63,639 nt of DNA from Eubacteriales bacterium (GTDB lineage Bacteria > Bacillota > Clostridia > Oscillospirales > CAG-272). A program made the translations under genes and the position numbers. Each line of letters begins with the position of its first letter. The first letter of the stretch is position 1. The stretch is from contig JAZQOM010000011.1 in assembly GCA_045627885.1 (NCBI GenBank), positions 1 through 63,639 of the forward strand. Reading direction: 5' to 3'. Positions 28,386 to 37,344 of this stretch are shown here, one piece after another. The notes under the pieces are model-generated. The model saw only the letters and a program-made list of their open reading frames with translations, ran no database searches and was not told the DNA's origin.

Positions 28386-29609
28386 TTGAGAATAGGTCTT
28401 TTCGGCGGAACATTCAATCCGCCGCATACCGCACACGCCGAAATTGCGAAGGCTTTTATCGAGCAGTTTTCACTTGACAAGCTTTATATCTGCACCGATA
28501 ATATTCCTTATCACAAGTTTTCGTCGCCCGAGCTTATACCCGCGCGGCACAGATACAATATGTCAAGGATTGCTTTTTCTAAAATATCGGATAAAATTGT
28601 TGTCAGCGATATGGAAATAGTGCGCGGCGGAAATACTTATACGATAGACACGGTAAAGGAACTTGCTTTGAAATATCCAGGCGCCGATATTTTCGTATTG
28701 TGCGGCTTAGATATGATAAAGACCGTACAAAGCTGGAACAGAGCGGACGAGCTTATATCGCTTGTGACTTTTGTTTGCGCCGAACGAGCAGGAAATGATA
28801 TTCCGGATATATCCGGCGCAAGAATCGAAAGGCTTGATATTTGCGCGGACAATATAAGCTCTACGGAGCTTCGCGAGATAATAAAAGACGGGAAAAGCAG
28901 TCCGTTTATCGACAAAGATGTTCTTGCGTATGCAAAAGCCAATCTTTTGTATAATACCGAAAACGAATACGACCTTGAAGCCATAAGAAAATACGCATTT
29001 GAGCACGAGAAGGAAAAGCGATATATACATACTCTCGGCGTTGCCGAATGCGCTCTTGAAATTAGAAATGATGTCGCTCCGCATATAGCGGAAAATACCG
29101 TTGAAGCGGCGGCACTGCTTCACGATATAACAAAGTCGCTGTCTTCAGACGAGCAGATAGAATTTATGGAGAAAGCCGGTTATACCGTATCCGAGAACGA
29201 CAGAGCGGCGGCAAAGGTGCTTCATTCGAGAACGGCGGCAATTCTTGCAAAAAAGCTTTTCGGAGCATCCGACACGGTTGCAAAAGCCGTATGGAACCAT
29301 ACTACGGGAGCTGAATATATGAATGTTCTCGACAAGATAATATTTCTTGCCGACTATATCGAAAAGAACAGAACATACGACGAATGCGTTGAGCTTCGTG
29401 AGTATTACAAAAAGTTGATTTCCGAATCGAAAACTCTTACGCAAAGACTTATTGCTCTCGATATGACGATGATGCGTTCGTTTGAATATACAAAAGCAGA
29501 GCTTCTTGAGAAAAAAGCGGTTATTCACAGAGATACCGTTCTTGCGGAGCAATTTACGCAAAAAGAACTTAAGCAATTCAACACTGAATTTTTACAGGCG
29601 GAGGAATAA
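28386..29609 (+). CDS. nadD: Fused nicotinate-nucleotide adenylyltransferase (NadD) and YqeK HD-domain phosphohydrolase
   Basis: 407 aa with a TTG start. N-terminal half carries GLFGGTFNPPHTAH (NadD). C-terminal half carries RYIHTLGV...AALLHDITK (YqeK-type HD domain). Confidence 0.85.
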   Translation: MRIGLFGGTFNPPHTAHAEIAKAFIEQFSLDKLYICTDNIPYHKFSSPELIPARHRYNMSRIAFSKISDKIVVSDMEIVRGGNTYTIDTVKELALKYPGADIFVLCGLDMIKTVQSWNRADELISLVTFVCAERAGNDIPDISGARIERLDICADNISSTELREIIKDGKSSPFIDKDVLAYAKANLLYNTENEYDLEAIRKYAFEHEKEKRYIHTLGVAECALEIRNDVAPHIAENTVEAAALLHDITKSLSSDEQIEFMEKAGYTVSENDRAAAKVLHSRTAAILAKKLFGASDTVAKAVWNHTTGAEYMNVLDKIIFLADYIEKNRTYDECVELREYYKKLISESKTLTQRLIALDMTMMRSFEYTKAELLEKKAVIHRDTVLAEQFTQKELKQFNTEFLQAEE

Positions 29610-29610
29610 T

Positions 29611-30012
29611 ATGTTGAACGAATCCGGACAGAGAAAACAGGCAAAAGAGTGCGCGGAGAATATTGTTCGCATACTCGATACCAAAAAAGCGGCAGACCTC
29701 AAAATGATATGTGTAAGAGAGATTACCGCTCTTGCCGATTATTTTGTTATATGCACGGCAAATTCATCTACGCAGCTGCACAGTCTTGCCGATGAGGTCG
29801 AATTTGTAATGAAAGAGAAGCACTCGACGGAGCCGAGAGGCGTTGAAGGCCGTGACGGTTGGATACTTCTTGACTATTCGAGCGTTATAGTCCATGTCTT
29901 TACAAGAGAAGCGAGAGAATTCTATAAGCTCGACAAGCTCTGGGCAGACGGTGACGATATTGATATAAGTGAAATTATTGAACCTGAAGATAAGGGAGAG
30001 GAACAGAAATGA
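29611..30012 (+). CDS. rsfS: Ribosome silencing factor RsfS
   Basis: Start ATG 29611, giving 133 aa. Iojap/RsfS core (LADYFVICTANSSTQ). Confidence 0.88.
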   Translation: MLNESGQRKQAKECAENIVRILDTKKAADLKMICVREITALADYFVICTANSSTQLHSLADEVEFVMKEKHSTEPRGVEGRDGWILLDYSSVIVHVFTREAREFYKLDKLWADGDDIDISEIIEPEDKGEEQK

Positions 30013-32411
30013 AGTACGATTTTGGCGAGATTGAAAAGAAATGGCAGGAAAGATGGGAAAAAGACGGCATCTTCAAGGCAAAGGATGACCACACGCTCCC
30101 CAAGTTTTACGGACTTGTTGAATTTCCGTATCCGAGCGGTGCGGGAATGCATGTAGGTCACATTAAAGCATATTCGGGACTTGAGGTTATTTCGAGAAAA
30201 AGAAGAATGCAGGGGTACAATGTCCTTTTTCCGATAGGATTTGACGCATACGGTCTTCCCACGGAAAACTATGCGATAAAGACGGGCATTCATCCGAGGC
30301 AGGTTACCGACAACAACATAAAGAAATTTACATCGCAGTTAAGAAGAGTCGGATATTCTTTCGATTGGTCGAGAACGGTTGACACCACCGAGGTAGGCTA
30401 CTATAAGTGGACGCAGTGGATTTTCAGAAAGATGTTCGATGCCGGACTCGTTTTCCGCGCGACAACTCTTGTCAACTATTGCCCGAGCTGCAAGGTTGTT
30501 CTTTCAAATGAGGACAGTCAGGGCGGTAAATGCGATATCTGCCACAGCGATATTGTGCAAAAATCAAAGGATGTCTGGTATCTCAGAATCACCGAATACG
30601 CAGACAAACTGCTTGAAGGTCTTGCTGAAGTTGACTATCTTCCGAACATAAAGCTCATGCAGGAAAACTGGATAGGCAGAAGTGAGGGCGCGTTTGTAAA
30701 CTTCTGCATATCGGGAACGGATGATTTTCTTCGCATTTACACGACAAGATGCGATACGATGTTCGGCGTAACATTTATGGTAATTGCTCCCGAGCATCCC
30801 ATTATCGAAAAATACAGAGATAAGATTGCAAACATCGCAGAGCTTGACAAATATAAAGAAGATTGCGCGAAAAAGACGGAGTTTGAGAGAACTCAGCTTG
30901 TAAAGGACAAGACAGGTGTTCGCATCGACGGACTTTGTGCAGTAAATCCCGCAAACGGAAAAGAAATTCCGATATACATTTCCGACTATGTAATGATGGG
31001 CTACGGAACAGGCGCCATAATGGCGGTTCCCGCTCACGACGAGAGAGACTACGACTTTGCAAAAAAGTTCGGCATCGACATAATTGAGGTTATCAAGGGC
31101 GGCGACATCTCCAAGGAAGCGTATACCGGTGACGGCGAAATGGTCAACTCGGAGTTCCTTAACGGTATCGCCACAAAGAAAGAAGCAATAGAAAAGATGC
31201 TCTGCTTCTTAAAAGAAAAAGGCATCGGCGAAAAGGGCGTTCAGTATAAGATGAAGGACTGGGCGTTCAACCGCCAGAGATATTGGGGCGAGCCTATTCC
31301 GATTGTTCACTGCGAAAAGTGCGGAATGGTAGGTGTTCCTTATGAAGAACTACCGCTGCATCTTCCCAAAGTGGAAAACTTTGCTCCCGGAGAGGGAGGA
31401 GAAAGCCCTCTTGCCAAAATCGATGAATTTGTAAACTGCACCTGCCCTAAGTGCGGCGGTAAGGCAAAGAGAGAAACCGATACCATGCCGCAGTGGGCTG
31501 GCTCATCGTGGTATTTCCTCCGCTATTGCGACCCGCACAATGACAAGGAATTTGCAAGCGAAGAAGCACTCAAATATTGGCTTCCCGTCGATTGGTACAA
31601 CGGCGGTATGGAGCATGTCACAAGGCACCTTATTTATTCACGCTTCTGGCACCGTTTCCTCTATGACGAAGGTCTTGTTCCCGTGAAAGAGCCTTACGCA
31701 AAGCGTACCGCGCAGGGACTCATTCTCGGTCCCGACGGAGAAAAGATGAGCAAGTCAAAGGGAAATGTTGTTGACCCGAACGATGTGGTTGACGAGTACG
31801 GCGCAGATGTCTTGAGAGTGTATATTCTCTTTATGGGAGACTACGCTTCCGCCGCTCCGTGGAGCGAAAACAGCGTAAAGGGCTGCAAACGCTTTCTCGA
31901 AAGAGTAGCCGGTCTTGCCGATATGGCAAAGGGAAGCGGTCACGACGAAAAGCTCGAGGCAGCTCTCAACAGAACGATAAAGAAAGTTTCGTCTGATATT
32001 GAGGAAATGAAATTCAATACCGCTATCGCGGCGATGATGACATTTATCAATGAGATTTACGACAACGGCTCACTCACGGTCGATGATTTACTGTGCCTTG
32101 TGAGAATTCTCTGCCCGTTTGCTCCTCACCTTTGCGAAGAAATGTGGGAAAAGTTCGGCGGCAAGGGATATTGCTCACTCGCAAAGTGGCCCGATTATGA
32201 CGAATCAAAGCTTGTTGAAAGCACAGTTGAGATTGCGGTTCAGGTTTGCGGAAAGCTTAAGGGTACCGCAACGATTCCGGCGGATGCTTCAAAGGATGAC
32301 GCGATTGCGGCGGCAAAAGCTCACGAAAAGGTTGCCGCGGCTATTGACGGAAAGACAATAGTCAAGGAAATTTATGTTGAAAAGAAGCTTGTAAACATAG
32401 TTGCAAAATAA
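30009..32411 (+). CDS. leuS: Leucine--tRNA ligase
   Basis: 800 aa. HIGH-type motif (MHVGHIKAY) and KMSKS (EKMSKSKGN). ATGA overlap with rsfS. Confidence 0.97.
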   Translation: MKYDFGEIEKKWQERWEKDGIFKAKDDHTLPKFYGLVEFPYPSGAGMHVGHIKAYSGLEVISRKRRMQGYNVLFPIGFDAYGLPTENYAIKTGIHPRQVTDNNIKKFTSQLRRVGYSFDWSRTVDTTEVGYYKWTQWIFRKMFDAGLVFRATTLVNYCPSCKVVLSNEDSQGGKCDICHSDIVQKSKDVWYLRITEYADKLLEGLAEVDYLPNIKLMQENWIGRSEGAFVNFCISGTDDFLRIYTTRCDTMFGVTFMVIAPEHPIIEKYRDKIANIAELDKYKEDCAKKTEFERTQLVKDKTGVRIDGLCAVNPANGKEIPIYISDYVMMGYGTGAIMAVPAHDERDYDFAKKFGIDIIEVIKGGDISKEAYTGDGEMVNSEFLNGIATKKEAIEKMLCFLKEKGIGEKGVQYKMKDWAFNRQRYWGEPIPIVHCEKCGMVGVPYEELPLHLPKVENFAPGEGGESPLAKIDEFVNCTCPKCGGKAKRETDTMPQWAGSSWYFLRYCDPHNDKEFASEEALKYWLPVDWYNGGMEHVTRHLIYSRFWHRFLYDEGLVPVKEPYAKRTAQGLILGPDGEKMSKSKGNVVDPNDVVDEYGADVLRVYILFMGDYASAAPWSENSVKGCKRFLERVAGLADMAKGSGHDEKLEAALNRTIKKVSSDIEEMKFNTAIAAMMTFINEIYDNGSLTVDDLLCLVRILCPFAPHLCEEMWEKFGGKGYCSLAKWPDYDESKLVESTVEIAVQVCGKLKGTATIPADASKDDAIAAAKAHEKVAAAIDGKTIVKEIYVEKKLVNIVAK

Positions 32412-32445
32412 TTTTCGGTTTTATTGAATAATTTAATAAAACCCC

Positions 32446-32474
32446 TTGACTTGCAAAAAAAAATAGAGTATAAT
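32446..32474 (+). promoter_or_regulatory. Sigma-A-type promoter of rpsU
   Basis: -35 TTGACT (32446-32451), 17-nt spacer, -10 TATAAT (32469-32474). Confidence 0.75.
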
Positions 32475-32533
32475 CTCAACATCATTTATTTTTAATGATA
32501 TTACCCCTGCAAATGCGGAGGGAGGGATATAAA

Positions 32534-32710
32534 GTGGCAGAAATAAGAGTAAAAGAGAATGAGTCTCTCGACAGTGCTCTCAGAAGATTTAAGAGACAGT
32601 GCGCAAAGAGCGGCGTCCTCAGCGAGCTTCGCAAGAGAGAACATTACGAGAAGCCCAGCGTAAAGCGCAAGAAGAAGTCAGAAGCAGCCAGAAAACGCAA
32701 GTTCAAATAA
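32534..32710 (+). CDS. rpsU: 30S ribosomal protein S21
   Basis: GTG 32534 after RBS GGAGGGAGGG. 58 aa, (M)[26 protein letters not shown]. Confidence 0.92.
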   Translation: MAEIRVKENESLDSALRRFKRQCAKSGVLSELRKREHYEKPSVKRKKKSEAARKRKFK

Positions 32711-32723
32711 AAAAGATTTTTTT

Positions 32724-32753
32724 CAGTACGGTCATTTGACCGTACTGTTTTTT
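32724..32753 (+). terminator. rpsU intrinsic terminator
   Basis: 10-bp stem CAGTACGGTC/GACCGTACTG followed by a T-run. Confidence 0.85.
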
Positions 32754-32757
32754 ATGT

Positions 32758-32784
32758 AAAAAGGAGCATCCGAAGATGCTCCTT
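32758..32784 (-). terminator. Intrinsic terminator of the 32789-33184 gene
   Basis: 10-bp stem AAGGAGCATC/GATGCTCCTT with a T-run on the minus strand. Confidence 0.75.
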
Positions 32785-32788
32785 ACAC

Positions 32789-33184
32789 TTATTTCCCAGA
32801 GGGGTTATTTGTGTTTGTAGTACCGTTTATTACGGTTTTGGGCGTAGTTGTTCCGTTATCTCTGTCTGCAAGAGTACCTGCCGAATAGATTCTGCTGTCG
32901 TCTTTGTCACTTTTATTATCTGCGACGGCGGGATTTGTATCGGAATAATCGCCGTTTGGCTTTTTCTGCGAGCTTATCGCGTAGTCGTAGCGTTGATTGC
33001 TTTTTGACTTTGTGGTGGTTGTTGTATAACCTGCGGTATCATTTTTTGCGGTTGTATCTGTACTTTTACCCGAATTGACTATCCAGGAAATAAAAGCTAT
33101 TGCCGCAAGAACTACCGCAAGTATAATGATAATTGCGGCCCATACATATCTGCCGCTTTCATAAGTTGATTCGTCGCGGTTCAT
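32789..33184 (-). CDS. Hypothetical membrane-anchored low-complexity protein
   Basis: Start moved to ATG 33184 (MNRDESTYESGRY...). One TM helix (WAAIIIILAVVLAAIAFISWIV) followed by a Thr/Asn/Asp-rich tail. Confidence 0.5.
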   Translation of the reverse strand: MNRDESTYESGRYVWAAIIIILAVVLAAIAFISWIVNSGKSTDTTAKNDTAGYTTTTTKSKSNQRYDYAISSQKKPNGDYSDTNPAVADNKSDKDDSRIYSAGTLADRDNGTTTPKTVINGTTNTNNPSGK

Positions 33185-33248
33185 TATATTTGCTCCGTTC
33201 TGTTTTTTTGAAAATTCGTGCAAAAACACAGAATTTTCGATTTTAGTA

Positions 33249-33278
33249 TTGTCAAAGGCATAGAAAATATGATAAAAT
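33249..33278 (+). promoter_or_regulatory. Sigma-A-type promoter of the aminotransferase-trpS operon
   Basis: -35 TTGTCA (33249-33254), 18-nt spacer, TGaTAAAAT extended -10 (hexamer 33273-33278). Confidence 0.6.
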
Positions 33279-33324
33279 GAGCCATACAATTATTTGAATT
33301 TTTGTTAAAAAAGAAGGTAATATA

Positions 33325-34515
33325 ATGGAATACGAATTTTCCGAAAAAGTTAAGCCGTTAAAGCCGTCTGCAATTCGTGAAATGTTCAAGGCTCTTTCTG
33401 ACCCGGAGATGATTTCTCTTGCGGCAGGAAATCCCGCGCCCGAGAGCTTTCCGAAAGACGAATTTGCAGCTCTTGCCGCTGAAATTTTCGCAAAAGACGC
33501 AAATAAAGCGCTTCAATACGGAATTACCGAGGGATACGCTCCTTTGAGGGATAAGATTGCCGAAAGACTTAAAAACAAATTCGGTATCGGAACGGAAAAT
33601 GATGATGTTACCGTCGTTTCGGGCGGTCAGCAGGGCATAGAGCTTGCCTGCAAGGTGCTCTGCAACGAGGGAGATGTCGTTTTGTGCGAAAGTCCGAGCT
33701 TTATCGGTGCACTTAATTCATTCCGCTCATACGGTACAAAGCTTGTCGGTGTCGAAATGGACAACGACGGTGTTATTCCCGAAAGTCTTGAAAAAGCAAT
33801 TAACGAGAATGACAATATCAAGCTTTTCTATGTAATTCCGACATTCCAGAATCCTATGGGCATTACAACTTCTCTCGAAAGAAGAAAATTCATATACGAT
33901 ATTTGTAAGAAAAACGGCATAATAATTGTTGAAGACAATCCGTACGGCGAGCTCAGATTTTCGGGTAAAAATATTCCGACGCTGAAGAGTATGGATAAAG
34001 ACGGAATTGTGATATATTGCGGTTCATTCTCGAAGACACTTTCTTCCGGAATGAGAGTCGGTTTTGTGTGCGCGCCCAAAGAAATCAGTACGAAGATGGT
34101 GGTCTGCAAGCAGGTTGCCGATGTGCATACAAATCTTTTCTTCCAAATGCTTGTTGACAAATATCTCGAAAAATACGATTATGATGCTCATATCGAGCAA
34201 ATTAAGGCTCTTTACCGTCATAAGTGCGGACTTATGCTTTCCGAAATGGATAAAAAGTTTCCGAGCGAAGTGACATATACAAGACCCGAGGGCGGACTTT
34301 TTATCTGGTGCACCGTTCCCGACAAAGTAGATATTTCCGAGCTTGTCGCAACTTGTCTCAAAAATAAGGTCGCTATAGTTCTCGGTACAACATTTTTACC
34401 CGATACATCGGTCAAAACGCACAGCTTCCGCCTCAATTATTCTACCCCGTCGGACGAGCAGATAGTCGAGGGAATAGGAAGACTTGCAAAAACTCTTTGT
34501 GATATGTTGAAATAG
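33325..34515 (+). CDS. PLP-dependent aminotransferase (class I/II)
   Basis: 396 aa. N-terminus LKPSAIREMFK and PLP-lysine context SFSKTLSSGMRVG. Substrate cannot be determined from the sequence. Confidence 0.85.
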   Translation: MEYEFSEKVKPLKPSAIREMFKALSDPEMISLAAGNPAPESFPKDEFAALAAEIFAKDANKALQYGITEGYAPLRDKIAERLKNKFGIGTENDDVTVVSGGQQGIELACKVLCNEGDVVLCESPSFIGALNSFRSYGTKLVGVEMDNDGVIPESLEKAINENDNIKLFYVIPTFQNPMGITTSLERRKFIYDICKKNGIIIVEDNPYGELRFSGKNIPTLKSMDKDGIVIYCGSFSKTLSSGMRVGFVCAPKEISTKMVVCKQVADVHTNLFFQMLVDKYLEKYDYDAHIEQIKALYRHKCGLMLSEMDKKFPSEVTYTRPEGGLFIWCTVPDKVDISELVATCLKNKVAIVLGTTFLPDTSVKTHSFRLNYSTPSDEQIVEGIGRLAKTLCDMLK

Positions 34516-34523
34516 GAGAAGTT

Positions 34524-35534
34524 ATGGAAAACGAAGCAAAAAAACGCATTTTTTCCGGCGTTCAGCCGAGCGGAATACTTACAATAGGCAATTATTTCGG
34601 AGCATTAAAGAATTGGAAAGAGCTTCAGGACGACTATGAATGTATGTTCTGTGCAGTCGATATGCACGCAATTACCGTGCGCCAGAATCCTGCGGATTTG
34701 AGACGCCGCTGCCTTGAGCTTATCGCTTTATATATGGCTTGCGGCATCGACCCCGAAAAGAGCCTTCTCTATATTCAGAGCATGGTACCGCAGCACGCAC
34801 AGCTTTCTTGGGTGCTCGGATGCTTTACTATGTTCGGTGAGCTTTCGAGAATGACACAGTTCAAGGACAAATCCAAAACCCACGCGGACAACATCAATGC
34901 GGGACTTTTTACATATCCCGTTCTTATGGCTGCCGATATTCTCGTTGCAAGCGCCGACCTTGTTCCCGTAGGCGTTGACCAGCTTCAGCATCTTGAGTTG
35001 ACAAGAGACATCGCAAATCGCTTTAATTCTATATACGGTGATGTATTTACAATTCCGGATGCTTATGTCAGAAAAGAGGGCGGCGGAAAGATTTTCTCTC
35101 TTGCAGACCCGACAAAGAAGATGAGCAAATCTGACGAAAATGTAAACGGCTTTGTTTCGATGCTCGACGACAAGGATACGGTTATAAGAAAATTCAAGAG
35201 AGCCGTCACCGACTCCGGAAACGAAATTTGCAGGGGAGAAGGCAAGGAAGGCATTTCAAATCTTATGACTATCTATTCCTGCATTACGGGTAAATCCGAC
35301 GATGATATCAGCGCAGAATTCAGCGGTAAGGGCTATGGCGAATTCAAGCTTGCCGTCGGCGAAGCCTGCGCGGACACGCTTGCAAAAATTCAGGAAAAAT
35401 ACAATCTGTATTTATCCGATAAGGCACAGCTTGACAAGCTCTGCGTTGACGGTGCGGAGAAAGCAAAGTATATCACAAGCAAGGTCGTAAACAAGGTATA
35501 TAAAAAAGTCGGCTTCTATCAGCCGAAAAGATAA
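34524..35534 (+). CDS. trpS: Tryptophan--tRNA ligase
   Basis: 336 aa. Class I motifs (GVQPSGILTIGNYFGAL, KKMSKSD). Confidence 0.95.
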   Translation: MENEAKKRIFSGVQPSGILTIGNYFGALKNWKELQDDYECMFCAVDMHAITVRQNPADLRRRCLELIALYMACGIDPEKSLLYIQSMVPQHAQLSWVLGCFTMFGELSRMTQFKDKSKTHADNINAGLFTYPVLMAADILVASADLVPVGVDQLQHLELTRDIANRFNSIYGDVFTIPDAYVRKEGGGKIFSLADPTKKMSKSDENVNGFVSMLDDKDTVIRKFKRAVTDSGNEICRGEGKEGISNLMTIYSCITGKSDDDISAEFSGKGYGEFKLAVGEACADTLAKIQEKYNLYLSDKAQLDKLCVDGAEKAKYITSKVVNKVYKKVGFYQPKR

Positions 35535-35537
35535 GCT

Positions 35538-36011
35538 ATGACTTTAGCGGTTTTTTCCGATTCACACGGCTCCGTTTCCGAAATGCTCGATGTTTTGAAC
35601 AAAAGAAAGGCGGATTTGATAATTCACCTCGGAGATACCGAAAGAGATGCGAATATTGTCGCATCGCAAATGTATATTCCGCTTATTTCCGTCGCCGGAA
35701 ACTGTGATTTCTTTCCGACTGCGCCTTATACGGTGGTAACCGAAATAAACGGCATAAACATCTTTATTTGTCACGGAAACGAGTTCGGCGGCGAAGAAGC
35801 TGAGGTTGCAGAAGCAGCAAAGCAAAATAACTGTTCGCTTGCTTTTTTCGGGCACACTCATATTCCGATTGACACGGTTATAGGCGGCGTGAGGGTAATA
35901 AATCCCGGAAGCATTCACAAGCCGAGGCATCCGTCGCCGTGCAAGACTTATGCTTTCGGTGACATATCGGACGGAAAAGCAAAAATAAATATTATGGAAT
36001 ACGGTTTTTGA
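35538..36011 (+). CDS. YfcE/MJ0936-family metallophosphoesterase
   Basis: 157 aa with calcineurin-like motifs (FSDSHG, LGD, GNCD, CHGN, GHTH). Confidence 0.8.
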   Translation: MTLAVFSDSHGSVSEMLDVLNKRKADLIIHLGDTERDANIVASQMYIPLISVAGNCDFFPTAPYTVVTEINGINIFICHGNEFGGEEAEVAEAAKQNNCSLAFFGHTHIPIDTVIGGVRVINPGSIHKPRHPSPCKTYAFGDISDGKAKINIMEYGF

Positions 36012-36028
36012 AAAAACCGTATTTTTTT
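36001..36028 (+). terminator. Intrinsic terminator after the phosphoesterase gene
   Basis: Stem ACGGTTTTT/AAAAACCGT overlaps the stop codon and is followed by ATTTTTTT. Confidence 0.65.
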
Positions 36029-36038
36029 GTCAAAAAAA

Positions 36039-36052
36039 CGAACATTTGTTTG
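36039..36052. promoter_or_regulatory. LexA (Cheo/SOS) box
   Basis: CGAACATTTGTTTG compared with the Firmicute consensus CGAACATATGTTCG. It overlaps the -35 of the lexA promoter, which implies autoregulation. Confidence 0.7.
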
Positions 36053-36078
36053 ACATTTGCAAAATATTGTGATATCAT
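36050..36078 (+). promoter_or_regulatory. lexA promoter
   Basis: -35 TTGACA (36050-36055), 17-nt spacer, TGaTATCAT extended -10 (hexamer 36073-36078). Confidence 0.65.
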
Positions 36079-36106
36079 AATGTAAACTGAATGTTCGGAG
36101 GCAACT

Positions 36107-36712
36107 ATGAGCGAATCGAATATCCTTGAAAAGAAGATTCTTGATTTTATTGCGAATACTATTGAGCTGACGGGATATCCGCCCACAATAAGGGATATCC
36201 GTGACGGGCTTTCTATTAAGTCGACATCAACAGTTCACGCATATCTTGAACGCCTTGAGAAAAAAGGCGAGATATCGAGAGATATTAAAAAAAGCCGTTC
36301 ATTGAGAGTTGAACGGCAGGGCGCGACCGGTGAGCTTGTTAAAGTTCCTGTTCTCGGTAAGGTTGCCGCGGGTATTCCGATAACCGCAGTTGAAAACAGA
36401 GAAGGATATGTAGAATTTGCTCTTGACAGAAAAATATGCTCGGAAGACAATGTTTTTGCTCTTAAAATTCAGGGTGATAGTATGATTGAAGCAGGAATAA
36501 TGGACGGCGACACGGTTATAGTAAAGAGCACTCCCGTTGCTGATAACGGCAAGATTGTTATTGCTTTGATTGACGATGAAGCCACCTGTAAACGCTTTTA
36601 TGCGGAAAACGGTCACATAAGGCTTCAGCCCGAGAATTCATCTATGAAGCCTATGTTCTTTGACAATGTAACAATTCTCGGCGAAGTTATCGCCTGTGTG
36701 AGATATTATTGA
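36107..36712 (+). CDS. lexA: LexA repressor
   Basis: 201 aa. N-terminal winged HTH, Ala-Gly cleavage site (KVAAGIP) and S24 peptidase motifs (GDSM...K). Confidence 0.93.
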   Translation: MSESNILEKKILDFIANTIELTGYPPTIRDIRDGLSIKSTSTVHAYLERLEKKGEISRDIKKSRSLRVERQGATGELVKVPVLGKVAAGIPITAVENREGYVEFALDRKICSEDNVFALKIQGDSMIEAGIMDGDTVIVKSTPVADNGKIVIALIDDEATCKRFYAENGHIRLQPENSSMKPMFFDNVTILGEVIACVRYY

Positions 36713-36733
36713 ACATAAAAGCTCGACCTTTGC

Positions 36734-36782
36734 GTTGTGTAATAAAACACTTTGCAAAGGTCGTTTTGTTTTATTTCTTTTT
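36734..36782. terminator. Terminator between lexA and the convergent flavin reductase gene
   Basis: Stem CGACCTTTGC/GCAAAGGTCG followed by TTTTGTTTT. Confidence 0.65.
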
Positions 36783-37334
36783 TACTGTAAACCCGAAGTT
36801 TCCGAGCTTTTTTCCGACTGCGAAGTAATCTCCGTGAACATAGGCGGCAAGTCCTGCTTTTTCCATGTGAATTTTGCCCTTTTTGTCTATAAGGCTTTCA
36901 TCAACATCTACCGCGACTATATCCGCTATGAACATATCGTGTGAGCCTAAATTTACGATTTCACGGACTTTGCACTCGAGGTTTATCGGGCTTTCCGCGA
37001 TAATCGGACATTTATCAAGTTTTGCCGATTTTTCGGCGGTAAGATTGCATTTTGCAAATTTGTCGGTATCGCGACCGCTCTTCACTCCGCAAAAGTCTGC
37101 GGCGGATACAAGCTTATCCGTGCAGAGGTTTATTACGAATTCTCCGCTTTCCTTGATTATCGGATGCGAGAATCTTTCGCTTCGTATGGAAACATAGGTT
37201 GTCGGAGGGGTAGAAGCGAGCATTCCCGTCCATGCGATGGTAATAATATTGGGATGTTCGATATCTCCGCAGGAAACGAGTGCTGGCGGAACGGGAGCTA
37301 AAAACGCCGAGCCTTTGAATGTTCTTTTTTCCAT
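36771..37334 (-). CDS. Flavin reductase-like (FMN-binding split-barrel) protein
   Basis: 187 aa. Family-typical N-terminal region (PVPPALVSCGD...NIITIAWTGMLASTPP). Confidence 0.78.
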   Translation of the reverse strand: MEKRTFKGSAFLAPVPPALVSCGDIEHPNIITIAWTGMLASTPPTTYVSIRSERFSHPIIKESGEFVINLCTDKLVSAADFCGVKSGRDTDKFAKCNLTAEKSAKLDKCPIIAESPINLECKVREIVNLGSHDMFIADIVAVDVDESLIDKKGKIHMEKAGLAAYVHGDYFAVGKKLGNFGFTVKKK

Positions 37335-37344
37335 ATTGCACCTC

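Noticed and set aside
36083-36096. Second possible LexA half-site (GTTCG) before the lexA RBS
   Set aside because: Only the right half matches. The left half (AAACT) does not fit CGAAC, so I did not call it an SOS box.
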